From Waddliaceae bacterium (lineage in GTDB: Bacteria > Chlamydiota > Chlamydiia > Chlamydiales > SLFE01): a stretch of 64,000 nt of DNA. Every line of letters starts with the position of its first letter. Position 1 is the stretch's first letter. The stretch spans positions 131,878 to 195,877 of the forward strand of contig CAWAPJ010000008.1 in assembly GCA_963783885.1 (NCBI GenBank), written 5' to 3'. Shown here one piece after another: positions 48,501 to 56,566 of the stretch. A program made the position numbers and the translations under genes. The notes below the pieces were generated by a model that worked only from the letters and a program-made list of their open reading frames with translations, was not told the DNA's origin and ran no database searches.

Positions 48501-50979
48501 CAATCTGATTGAGAAGTTCATTAAAATCTTCCTGAGCAGCGAGGGTGCCCTGTTTTTTTTCTTCAAGGGTATCCTCAAGAACGGCAATTTGATAGGACAG
48601 CTCCTGTTTTTCCTCTTCCTGCTCCTGGATTTTATGGCTCAGCCCTTTTGCGATAGCTTTTTGGTCTTCGATCATTTGTACCATTTTGCTGTGGTCGTCT
48701 TTCGACGCGGCCAGGCTGCACCGGAGGTCGTCGAGATCTCCATGAAGCGAATTGATGACCAGCGAAAGCTCTTCTTTTTCATCTTCGCTGTCTTGCAGAT
48801 CATTGTTTAAATCAGCAATTAATTGATTTTGATGATCAATTGTTTCTTTCAGGTGCTGTTCTCTTTGGTCGATGTTTTCTTTTAATACGCTGTAGGCGCT
48901 TTCAATTTCTTTGAGGGAGGCAATCTGCTCTTCCATCTCAGAGATGGCTTGTTCTGACATCATCAATTTTTTCTGTTGAAGATCGACCAGGACGGCAAGG
49001 CCTTCGGCACTGTCATCATCGCCTGCGCAGTGCTGAGCTAGTTGATCAATTCTATTGCTTAGCTGTTGTTTTTCTTCTTCGAGTTGCTTAAAGTCTGCGA
49101 GCTTTTCATCTAATCGGAGCTGCAAGTCCCTTTTCTGCTCTGTCATGAACAGAATCATCTCTTCCATCGCTACAAAATCTTGACTCTTTGCATTGACTTC
49201 TTTTTTTAGTTCGACTAAATTTTTGTTTTTTTGCGCGAGCTCCTCTCGAATTTTTTCGTGATTTTCCCTGCTTTCTCTAAGCTGCGCTTGAAAATCTTCA
49301 ATCTGTTCCTGCAGTTTGCTTCTGAGCCCAGAAGCAATTTTTTCATTGTCTTCGATTTTTTGATTCAACTGATTCTTAATTTGGGCATAGTCTTGAGACA
49401 TCTCTTCAAATTGAAAGGCGATGTTTTGATACTCATCCTCTTTTTGCTGATAGGCAGTTTTTAGCTTCTGATATTCCTCAAGTTCCGAATTAGCGGCGAG
49501 GGCATGATTCAAATCCTGAATGGTTTGCTCCCTATCCGCCAGCGCCAGTTCGAGACGGTCTTTTTCCGCCAGCAGAGTTTTTAGATCATGAGAGTCATTG
49601 TTTGCAGACGAGGCCCCGGCGATATATGCTGCCTGCATCGCAAGAGTCTCCTGGAGAGAGATTAGTTCCTTTTCCCTAGCGTGGAGCTTTTGAGCCAATG
49701 ATTCGTCAATTGTGGAATCCCTATGGGTCAGGAAGGCAAAGGTATCAGCCAGTTCATTTTTCACTGTATAGTAATCGTTGGATTGCGCTTTGTAATCATC
49801 TGCGAGTTTTTTAAGCTCGTTTCTTGTATTTCTTTCCTGAGTTTGCAGCATCTCGATTCTATTCAAGGCAGAGCTGTAATTTTCTTCTATATCCTGAAGA
49901 TTTTGATTCGCATTTTGGAGGGAAGACAGGCTTTGGGAAAGTTCCAGGTTTTTTGCTTCCAGTTCGCTAATTTGTCCCAGCATTCTCTCTTTGGCGTCAT
50001 CCTTTTCATACGCTTCCAGGGCGCTGGCATAATTTCCTAGCCGATTTTTAAGATGGCTGATTTCTTCTTGGGACACTTCGTTGTCAAGCTGCGATCTTTC
50101 GAGTTTTTGATAAACTTCGGCAAGCTCCCTTCCCAGCTCCTCGCTCCTCTGATCTTCTTTACTTTCTATCTTTTCTTTAGAGCGAAAAAACTGCACCTCT
50201 TTCATCAGGTCGGCTAAAGAATTTTGCAATGTGTGATTGCCTTCTTTTAGAGCCCGAAGTTCTATTTCCTTGTTGTCTTTTTCCTGGGCAATTGACTCCA
50301 GTTTGCTGTTTTGATCTTCCAGAAGAGATTGAAGTTTCTGAAGCTTTTCTTTTGCTTTGGCTTCACGGGGGGTAGGGGGTTCTTTAGACCAAACAAGCTT
50401 TTGCTTCCGGGGAGAATCGTCCCCATAGGCGATTTCCTCGGAAAATTGACCCCGTTTTTCAAAGCTGATCGATGTTTCATATCGGGTATATAAGGTAAAA
50501 ATGAGAATAAAGGCGGCAACAGCGCCTATGAGAAGGTAACGGGTGTTGTTGCTGCTAGTATTTTGTGAGTTTCCCATGAAATTGCTACTCTCCTGTAAAG
50601 ATGGATTAAACTGCTGAAAACGTTTTTCTTTTTGCGGGGCATACCGATCGATCAGCTCCTGGATCAATTCGGGATAACCGCGGCGGTTTTTTGTATTGTA
50701 TTGAAGAATTTCAAGCTGGGAGCGGGCTTTTTTGAAAAGTTCGTCCCATTCTCTCCCTTCTTTATTTTTGGCCATGTCGAGAGAGGCCCGAATCGCTTGG
50801 ATGACATCCTCAGGCTTTGATGTTGAAAACAAATAATTGCGGTCAATTTCGAGCCGATGCGTAACGGGATCGACTTTCAAAAATTGCTGAATCTGAAGAT
50901 TGAGTAGAACAATCAGGTTGTACTTCGCCACATCTTCCTGAATTTCAGGTATGTGCGAATCAGGGGGACCGGATGTCAT
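45541..50979 (-). CDS. 1812-aa membrane-anchored giant coiled-coil protein with 56-aa tandem repeats
   Basis: One TM segment (YLLIGAVAAFILIFTLY) near residue 150, then ~1600 aa of E/Q/K/L-rich heptad pattern; stop overlaps the yhhQ start (ATGA). Confidence 0.85.
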   Translation of the reverse strand: MTSGPPDSHIPEIQEDVAKYNLIVLLNLQIQQFLKVDPVTHRLEIDRNYLFSTSKPEDVIQAIRASLDMAKNKEGREWDELFKKARSQLEILQYNTKNRRGYPELIQELIDRYAPQKEKRFQQFNPSLQESSNFMGNSQNTSSNNTRYLLIGAVAAFILIFTLYTRYETSISFEKRGQFSEEIAYGDDSPRKQKLVWSKEPPTPREAKAKEKLQKLQSLLEDQNSKLESIAQEKDNKEIELRALKEGNHTLQNSLADLMKEVQFFRSKEKIESKEDQRSEELGRELAEVYQKLERSQLDNEVSQEEISHLKNRLGNYASALEAYEKDDAKERMLGQISELEAKNLELSQSLSSLQNANQNLQDIEENYSSALNRIEMLQTQERNTRNELKKLADDYKAQSNDYYTVKNELADTFAFLTHRDSTIDESLAQKLHAREKELISLQETLAMQAAYIAGASSANNDSHDLKTLLAEKDRLELALADREQTIQDLNHALAANSELEEYQKLKTAYQQKEDEYQNIAFQFEEMSQDYAQIKNQLNQKIEDNEKIASGLRSKLQEQIEDFQAQLRESRENHEKIREELAQKNKNLVELKKEVNAKSQDFVAMEEMILFMTEQKRDLQLRLDEKLADFKQLEEEKQQLSNRIDQLAQHCAGDDDSAEGLAVLVDLQQKKLMMSEQAISEMEEQIASLKEIESAYSVLKENIDQREQHLKETIDHQNQLIADLNNDLQDSEDEKEELSLVINSLHGDLDDLRCSLAASKDDHSKMVQMIEDQKAIAKGLSHKIQEQEEEKQELSYQIAVLEDTLEEKKQGTLAAQEDFNELLNQIADKDAALVQLNEQFQTFEEENENLGNELVLLQTNLDEKERELAAAKSEQDRLLNFIEDSKPITMSLNERIREQQQAIAELQTDLEEHEQRIAANDEEKSRLMQIIEDNKAIASNLSEKILELQDEKQAMAGQIAAYENSLEQHEQGIAANDEEKSRLMQIIEDNKALASSLSEKIFELQDEKQAMAGQIAAYENSLEQHEQGIAANDEEKARLMQIIEDNKALASSLSEKIFELQDEKQAMAGQIAAYENSLEQHEQGIAANNEEKSRLMQIIEDNKALASSLSEKILQLQDEKQAMAGQIAAYENSLEQHEQGIAANNEEKSRLMQIIEDNKALASSLSEKILQLQDEKQAMAGQIAAYENSLEQHEQGIAANDEEKSRLMQIIEDNKALASSLSEKILELQDEKQAMAGQIAAYENSLEQHEQGIAANNEEKSRLMQIIEDNKALASSLSEKILQLQDEKQAMAGQIAAYENSLEQHEQGIAANDEEKARLMQIIEDNKALASNLSEKILQLQDEKQAMAGQIAAYENSLEQHEQGIAANNEEKSRLMQTIEDNKTLASSLSEKIFDLRNEKQAMADQLAKLESSLRETEQISAVNEEEKNRLIQIIEDNKAISANLNERIREQENEKQQLNQEVALLKNELGEKEKTLISTDEDYNRLRQNIEDTKAIILGLNKKIQEQELEKQDLSFQLSSLEQTLSENQQNFSSYDESIQKMSNEIASLKQIEKEYEQFKNEAMNQQSELAKSLESTKSDITSLENKNDQLMSALDEKQQALVSSGSELQQLRQLFEDIKEDDQIKSAQLVQMEDELANTQKLLRQLRKSHETKIADYQGDVQKLSEELAAKESENNAMVKTINRLTLDHERFITELEEQKSLNNSLAQNQTGQIENYEEKIQTLYGKINSLTDQLVSLSDSRNDIESSMKQTIEELSEEKNEMREKLKRVAFQLKNVNDKFNQQKKIWQKKEMLIKQMKKRINEQREANS
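46858..48201 (-). repeat. 8 x 168-bp near-identical coding tandem repeat (plus degenerate flanking units)
   Basis: GCATCAGGCG recurs every 168 nt from 46851 to 48195; unit LMQIIEDNKALASSLSEKILQLQDEKQAMAGQIAAYENSLEQHEQGIAANDEEKSR. Confidence 0.95.
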
Positions 50980-51117
50980 TTGACCTCGCCAAATTTGAAA
51001 ATTTTTCCAAATACATATCCTATGTATATAGTAGAAATCCGTATTTTAAAAAACCCTGCAATTGCATTAATTCATTTTATTCTGCAAAATGGTGTTTGCT
51101 TCAAGGGAGGAGGGGAA

Positions 51118-51552
51118 ATGATTAATAAGACATGGATTTTGACTGCCAATAGCGCCGTTGCCAGGTTCTATATCGCCGAAACCAATGATATACTGAAAGC
51201 CGACCTCACACTGACGCATCCCGACAGCAGGATCAAAGAGGGAGAGATTGTCTCTGACGCGCCCGGACAGCAATCGAGCCGGATCGGCCCTTCCCGAAGA
51301 GCTGTTGTCGAAGTAGAAGCAAAAAAGCACGAGGCCCAAGTATTTGCCGGCCAATTATGCACGGTACTCGAAAAACTGGTAAGCGACGGCAAGTTAAAAA
51401 ATCTCTATGTTGCTGCCAGCCCTGAATTTTTGGGAATTTTGATCGGCAAGATGCACGGCACCGTCAAAGATTCCCTTAAGGAAGCTGTGGATAAGGATCT
51501 AACTCATCAGAATCCGGAAAAAATACGAATGCATTTTCCTGAAGTTCTTTAA
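51118..51552 (+). CDS. Host attachment family protein (baeRF-like)
   Basis: TWILTANSAVARFY, SDAPG, EAQVFA, LYVAASPEFLG, VDKDLT; GGAGG RBS before ATG 51118. Confidence 0.85.
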   Translation: MINKTWILTANSAVARFYIAETNDILKADLTLTHPDSRIKEGEIVSDAPGQQSSRIGPSRRAVVEVEAKKHEAQVFAGQLCTVLEKLVSDGKLKNLYVAASPEFLGILIGKMHGTVKDSLKEAVDKDLTHQNPEKIRMHFPEVL

Positions 51553-51555
51553 TCT

Positions 51556-52674
51556 ATGCAAAAATATTTCTTCTTATTTTTATGTTGCTGTCAATGTTTA
51601 TACTGCGATCGGCATCAAACTTTGATTTTTGGCTCAGTGAAGCGAAGCCAAATCGAAGCTGTCGCGTTCCGATCGACGAAGCTTTTCCCAGAAGGGAAGA
51701 GCGAGGAGGAGGATCGATTTGGCAAAGTCGCGGCAAGTCAAAAATCAAAGTTTGATGCCGATCGCAGTATATTTGGCGCTGTTGAAGATAAGCTGGCCTT
51801 TGTTTTGGAGAGGCTTCCAGAATGGAGCGCCGAGAGCGCGAAAGTAAAGCAGGCTACTCAAGGGGCGACGAATTACGGCTATATCGTCAAGTATAAGAGC
51901 GACTCAGGTTTCAAACACCGATATTTCATTAGAATACAAACGGAAAACAGGGAAACGGCTTCATCCAATATCACAAACGAAATTTTGTGCCAGACAATCG
52001 CGGCAGAATACGATATCGCCCCGGAAATTATCCTCTCATTTCCGGAAATGGGGATTATTGTGAGCCGGTTGATTCGAAATAAAAAGAATGAAGTTGATAT
52101 AAACAACCCGGAAACTCTCAAAAGGGGCCTCGCGCTGATTAAAAGCATACACGAACTGCCCGTTCCGTTTCCTCAGTCGGTCAACCCTTTCGACCTGATA
52201 GACGATCTTGCCGGCAAAGCTGCTTCTTATGGCTGTGAATTTCCCGAAAAATGGAATGCTGTTGCCGTGCCGGCTCTAGAAAATATGAAGCGAGTTTGTT
52301 ATGACAGGTGTCAATCGGTTCCCTGCCATCTGGATTTGAGTCCGCAAAATCTGCTCAATGATGGAAAAAGAATTTGGGTAATCGACTGGGAATATTCTGC
52401 AAATTGCGATCCTTTTTTTGATCTTGGAACACTCGCATCTGTCACATTTTTGGATGACGCAGGCCTCAAAAGGATTTTTTGCGGCTATTTGGGCGATGAC
52501 AGAATGGAAATGTATTCCCATTTTTATCAAATGGCAATTCTTGCCGATTTACGCTGGTATTTGTGGTGCCTTCTCCAAGACAAAACCTCTCCTCTCGAAT
52601 GCCCTTATGAAGAATGGGCAGAATGTTTTTTGCAAAATTCCCTAAAAAGAATTGAAAAATTGCTTGACAGATGA
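51556..52674 (+). CDS. Choline/ethanolamine kinase (APH-like) with signal peptide, carrying an in-frame 57-aa palindromic insertion
   Basis: GATNYGY, Brenner-type motif CHLDLSPQNLL, IDWEYS, DPFFDLG. Confidence 0.8.
   Translation: MQKYFFLFLCCCQCLYCDRHQTLIFGSVKRSQIEAVAFRSTKLFPEGKSEEEDRFGKVAASQKSKFDADRSIFGAVEDKLAFVLERLPEWSAESAKVKQATQGATNYGYIVKYKSDSGFKHRYFIRIQTENRETASSNITNEILCQTIAAEYDIAPEIILSFPEMGIIVSRLIRNKKNEVDINNPETLKRGLALIKSIHELPVPFPQSVNPFDLIDDLAGKAASYGCEFPEKWNAVAVPALENMKRVCYDRCQSVPCHLDLSPQNLLNDGKRIWVIDWEYSANCDPFFDLGTLASVTFLDDAGLKRIFCGYLGDDRMEMYSHFYQMAILADLRWYLWCLLQDKTSPLECPYEEWAECFLQNSLKRIEKLLDR
51599..51771. mobile_element. 169-bp MITE/RPE-like palindromic element with 31-bp perfect terminal inverted repeats and TA duplication
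   Basis: TA|TACTGCGATCGGCATCAAACTTTGATTTTTG (51601-51631) ... CAAAAATCAAAGTTTGATGCCGATCGCAGTA (51739-51769)|TA; internal stems 51647-56/51714-23 and 51681-89/51694-702. Confidence 0.85.
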
Positions 52675-52719
52675 TCGGATTTCCGTAACTTCCTAAAGAG
52701 ATAACAGCGGAAGTGATTT

Positions 52720-54318
52720 ATGGACCCCAATCTCAATGATATCCTGAATGAAGTACCTCGCTTGTTGCAAAGTTTTAAATCCTTGGCAGCGGTCAAGGAG
52801 GGAATCAAGTATAGCTGTAACGAGAAAGATTTGACGTTTTATCCATCCGGCGGGCCTGTAGTTGAGTGGGTGGGTTCCGGATGGCTTTCTTCATGGACTC
52901 AGGCAGCGACAAGAACTGTCAATAATGCTGTTTTTGAATCTAAAGAGAGTCACGAAACGTTAGCTGCCAATATCCTTAAGTTAAAAAAAAATGCGGAATT
53001 ATTAGCCACAAAAATTTCAAGTGTTGCCAGTGATACTTTTACAAATATAGAGGCCAAAAAAGCTCTTGAGTTAGACTTAATCGAGATGAAACTCTGCGCG
53101 AAAAGGGCGATGGAAAAGATTGACGTACTCAAGGAGACCTATAAGCAGGAGAAGGAAAAAAGTCGTGTCTTTTCTAATGCTAAAGATGATTATGGAAAAC
53201 TGATCGGCAGTTTGGAAATACATATCCAAAAAGTCTCTCAAAACATCAAAATACAAGGAGGAAATGACCTCCAAGAGTCAGCTCAAAATGCAAGGGGGAC
53301 GAATAGAAAATATGTTCCGTTTTCACCTCTTCCCGATAACATAACGGATGCAGACATTTTAGAAATTCGAGGTTATCTGACAGAGAATGCAGCTATTTTC
53401 GATAAAATGAAAGAAAGACAACTTAAGCGAAACCCTGACTGTAACGCTGTTTTTCTAAAAAAGGAGATTGCAAAGTTACCCGCTTCGGTTCACTACATCT
53501 CACTCGCTGAGTTTTATCTACATATTAAAGAGCCGAGTTCCCTGCCTGGTGTCCGGCAAATTCTCCGTACCAGTGATAAGAAAGTTTTTTTGTATGTGAA
53601 AAGAAAACTTGATGCTGAGATTGACCAATCTGACAATGAGCTCAAATATTTAAATGTATTGAAGGATGACAGGGAATTCATCACGGTTGAACAGGCTTTC
53701 AAATATTTGTCCAAAAATCAGTCCAAACGAGCATTTATCCTAAAAGAAGAGTGCATGGCCACATTGGATCAGGCCGTTGAAAAAATGAAGTTCACTGACC
53801 AGCAAAAATATCAAATCACTTTAGATATTTTACATGGTGTTCAAATCATGCATGACAAAGGAATCGTTCACCTGAATTTCAAACCAGAAAATATTTTTCT
53901 GGTTAAGGAAAATCTTGGAGGTAATGCAGGCAATAAAATTTCTGCAAAGATTTTCGGATTGGAGGCGGCCAGGCCCTGTGAAAATGAATCAACCTATAAT
54001 AAGGCTTTAGATATTTGGATGGTTGGCCACCTCCTTTACTATCTTTTTTTTCAAACAAGGACAGACTGGCTGACTTTTTTGATTAATCAAACTATTTTTG
54101 ATATCATATGCATCGAAAATGCTTACGAATCGAAGATATTTTCCGACAAGCCTTCAGGTCCTTCCATAGATCTTCTGATTTGGAGTATGCTGCAATCAAA
54201 CCCTGAATTGAGGCCAAGTGTCTCTAATGCTATCGAATATGTTGAAATGCTCCTTTCTAAAGATGCAAAAATGAACGAACTTATAGATAGGCGTCGAAGA
54301 AAGGTGCAGGAGTTATGA
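52720..54318 (+). CDS. Helical N-terminal domain plus Ser/Thr kinase-like domain, likely pseudokinase effector
   Basis: DILHGVQIMHDKGIVHLNFKPENIF (HRD replaced by HLN), KIFG (DFG replaced by IFG), DIWMVG, NPELRPS. Confidence 0.75.
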   Translation: MDPNLNDILNEVPRLLQSFKSLAAVKEGIKYSCNEKDLTFYPSGGPVVEWVGSGWLSSWTQAATRTVNNAVFESKESHETLAANILKLKKNAELLATKISSVASDTFTNIEAKKALELDLIEMKLCAKRAMEKIDVLKETYKQEKEKSRVFSNAKDDYGKLIGSLEIHIQKVSQNIKIQGGNDLQESAQNARGTNRKYVPFSPLPDNITDADILEIRGYLTENAAIFDKMKERQLKRNPDCNAVFLKKEIAKLPASVHYISLAEFYLHIKEPSSLPGVRQILRTSDKKVFLYVKRKLDAEIDQSDNELKYLNVLKDDREFITVEQAFKYLSKNQSKRAFILKEECMATLDQAVEKMKFTDQQKYQITLDILHGVQIMHDKGIVHLNFKPENIFLVKENLGGNAGNKISAKIFGLEAARPCENESTYNKALDIWMVGHLLYYLFFQTRTDWLTFLINQTIFDIICIENAYESKIFSDKPSGPSIDLLIWSMLQSNPELRPSVSNAIEYVEMLLSKDAKMNELIDRRRRKVQEL

Positions 54319-55130
54319 GTTTATTGAAAAACAAAACAGCTTTGATTACAGGGGCAAGCCGAGGTATCGGACGGGCGATCGCCCTTCGCCTTGCCGAAGA
54401 GGGTGCTGCCATTGCCGTCCTGGCGAAAACCGACACTCCTCATCCAAAACTGCCGGGGACGATTCATACTGTTTGCCAAGAGATTGAAAAACGGGGGGCT
54501 AAGGCCCTTCCGTTAAAAGCCGATATCCGCTTTGAAGATCAGATTGAAGAAGCTGCCTTCAAGGCAGTCGAAACTTTCGGATCCATTGATATCCTTGTCA
54601 ACAACGCCAGTGCGATCTTTCCCAGACCAACGCTCGAAACTCCTATGAAGCGGTTTGATCTGATGTTCGATTGCAATGTTCGGGGAACTTTTGCCTGCTG
54701 CCGAGCCTGCCTTCCCCATCTGATCAAGGGAAAAAATCCCCATATCCTGAACTTATCACCACCCCTCAAAATGGATCCCAAGTGGTTCAAAGACATGCTT
54801 GCCTATACCATGTCCAAATATGGCATGAGCATGTGTACTTTAGGGATGTCGGCCGAGTTTGCCGAAGAGGGGGTGGCTGTCAATTCCCTATGGCCGAAGA
54901 CAACGATTGCCACAAGCGCTATCAGAACCTTTTTTCCCGATATGATTCCCCATTCGAGAAAAGAGGAGATCGTTGCCGATGCGGCTTTGGCGATTCTTGC
55001 AAAAGACAGCAGAACATGTACCGGAAACTTTTTTATTGATGAAGATGTTCTGAAAAATGAGGGAGTCACTGATTTTGAGTTGTATAGCGTCGAACCCGGC
55101 GCTGAGCTGCAAAAAGACTTTTATATTTGA
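54315..55130 (+). CDS. SDR oxidoreductase (HSDL2-like)
   Basis: TGASRGIG, AKTDTPHPKLPGTIH, NNASAI, HILNLSPPL, YTMSKYGMS, TGNFFIDE. Confidence 0.92.
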   Translation: MSLLKNKTALITGASRGIGRAIALRLAEEGAAIAVLAKTDTPHPKLPGTIHTVCQEIEKRGAKALPLKADIRFEDQIEEAAFKAVETFGSIDILVNNASAIFPRPTLETPMKRFDLMFDCNVRGTFACCRACLPHLIKGKNPHILNLSPPLKMDPKWFKDMLAYTMSKYGMSMCTLGMSAEFAEEGVAVNSLWPKTTIATSAIRTFFPDMIPHSRKEEIVADAALAILAKDSRTCTGNFFIDEDVLKNEGVTDFELYSVEPGAELQKDFYI

Positions 55131-55176
55131 TGGCGAATTCTGTTCACTCTGCTATATAGAGATCAGAGAGGTGCCT

Positions 55177-56517
55177 ATGGATTGTCCTAAAACCCTAGAC
55201 TCTCAATTTATTCCGCATTTGACTTTAGAGACTCATTCCCAAAACTTTCAGTTTCTCATGAGGCTTAAACAACCCCAAGATCTTTTGGCTGACGAAAACA
55301 ATAGACTTTATCAGGCTACTGAGCCGATGGCCGATTCAAACGATAGGGTGCGGAGTATCATTCAAAAGATCCTCAAGTGTCTCAATAAGGATTATAAACA
55401 GTCGGATAAAAGCGAACCTGTCAAAAAGTTTTACAAAAAAGTCTTTTTCAATCGTTTTGCCAATCTTAGCGAAGCGGTATTTGACCGCGCAAAAATCTGC
55501 CACTCTTTATTAAAGGCTCTATTTCCTAAAAAAGCGGAATCTCTAAAACAACTCAAATCGTATAGTGAAGAGGCGGTAACAGCCGACAATACTTACTACC
55601 GAACCGTTGTAAAAGTGGTCAAGATTGCTTTAAAGCTTGGAATCCGGCCTCAGCCGGTGAAAAAAGGGGTCAGCGGAACCTATTTGCTCAAAGGGCTGGA
55701 AGGAAAAATACTGGGTGTCTTTAAGCCTTGCGATGAGGAGGTTCTTTCAGAAAATTCCACGAGCGGCATTAGGAGGCTTAGACCTCTGTCGAAAAAGTTT
55801 CCTTTATTTCCCACTCTGATTTTTCTACAGGGTGGCAATGGATGTAAATCCGAGTGCATGGCCAGCATTGTCAGCAGAAGGCTTCAGCTGGATAATGTGC
55901 CGGTCACCAAAATGGAAACGTTAAAAAGTTTTGGCTTTCGTTTAGGAAAGAGCAAAACCGGTTCGCTGCAACTGTATGTTCCTGATGCCAAAAGCGCTGC
56001 AAAAGCGCTGGAGATCAAACGATTTTGGTGTTTTTTCCCTTCTCTTGGACAGAGAAATCTTAAAGGAAAGCCTGAATTATTAGAGAAGATTCCGCAGGAA
56101 ATTTTTGAAGGGATGGTTATTCTTGATTTCCTCATTGCCCAGCTTGACCGCCATCCGGATAATTGGCTTGTGAAAGAGAGTTTGATTTATCTCATCGACA
56201 ACGGCGCTTCCATGCCGCATAAACATTCGGACAGTATGCTCACCAGATTGAACCAGTACATCTGGAGGCTCCTGCCGCATGCTGAGATTCCATTTACCGA
56301 TTATGCCAAAGAAGTTGCTGATACTCTGGAAGAAGAGATTGAAGATATCATTGAAGCCTTTTACCGCAAGAAGCTGATTGCCGACCCCTGCCAGGAGACG
56401 AAATTTCGAGAGAGGGCCAAAGTCTTGATTCATTTTATTCAGAGCGACAAAACCCCTTATGAACTCTCTCTTATCCGTTCGACAAACGATTTTAAAATAG
56501 CATTAGAAAAAAGTTGA
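55177..56517 (+). CDS. Phosphatidylinositol 4-kinase type II-like protein; putative effector
   Basis: GVSGTYLL, GVFKPCDEE, VPVT, GSLQLYV, catalytic DRHPDNWL and IDNG; GAGG RBS before ATG 55177. Confidence 0.8.
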   Translation: MDCPKTLDSQFIPHLTLETHSQNFQFLMRLKQPQDLLADENNRLYQATEPMADSNDRVRSIIQKILKCLNKDYKQSDKSEPVKKFYKKVFFNRFANLSEAVFDRAKICHSLLKALFPKKAESLKQLKSYSEEAVTADNTYYRTVVKVVKIALKLGIRPQPVKKGVSGTYLLKGLEGKILGVFKPCDEEVLSENSTSGIRRLRPLSKKFPLFPTLIFLQGGNGCKSECMASIVSRRLQLDNVPVTKMETLKSFGFRLGKSKTGSLQLYVPDAKSAAKALEIKRFWCFFPSLGQRNLKGKPELLEKIPQEIFEGMVILDFLIAQLDRHPDNWLVKESLIYLIDNGASMPHKHSDSMLTRLNQYIWRLLPHAEIPFTDYAKEVADTLEEEIEDIIEAFYRKKLIADPCQETKFRERAKVLIHFIQSDKTPYELSLIRSTNDFKIALEKS

Positions 56518-56566
56518 AATCTCTTGCGTCTTGGATTAATGTTTGATCCAAAACAGGAGTCAACAT

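Noticed and set aside
51554-51748. 64-aa minus-strand ORF as a separate gene
   Set aside because: It is the reverse reading of the palindromic element, treated as a property of that element
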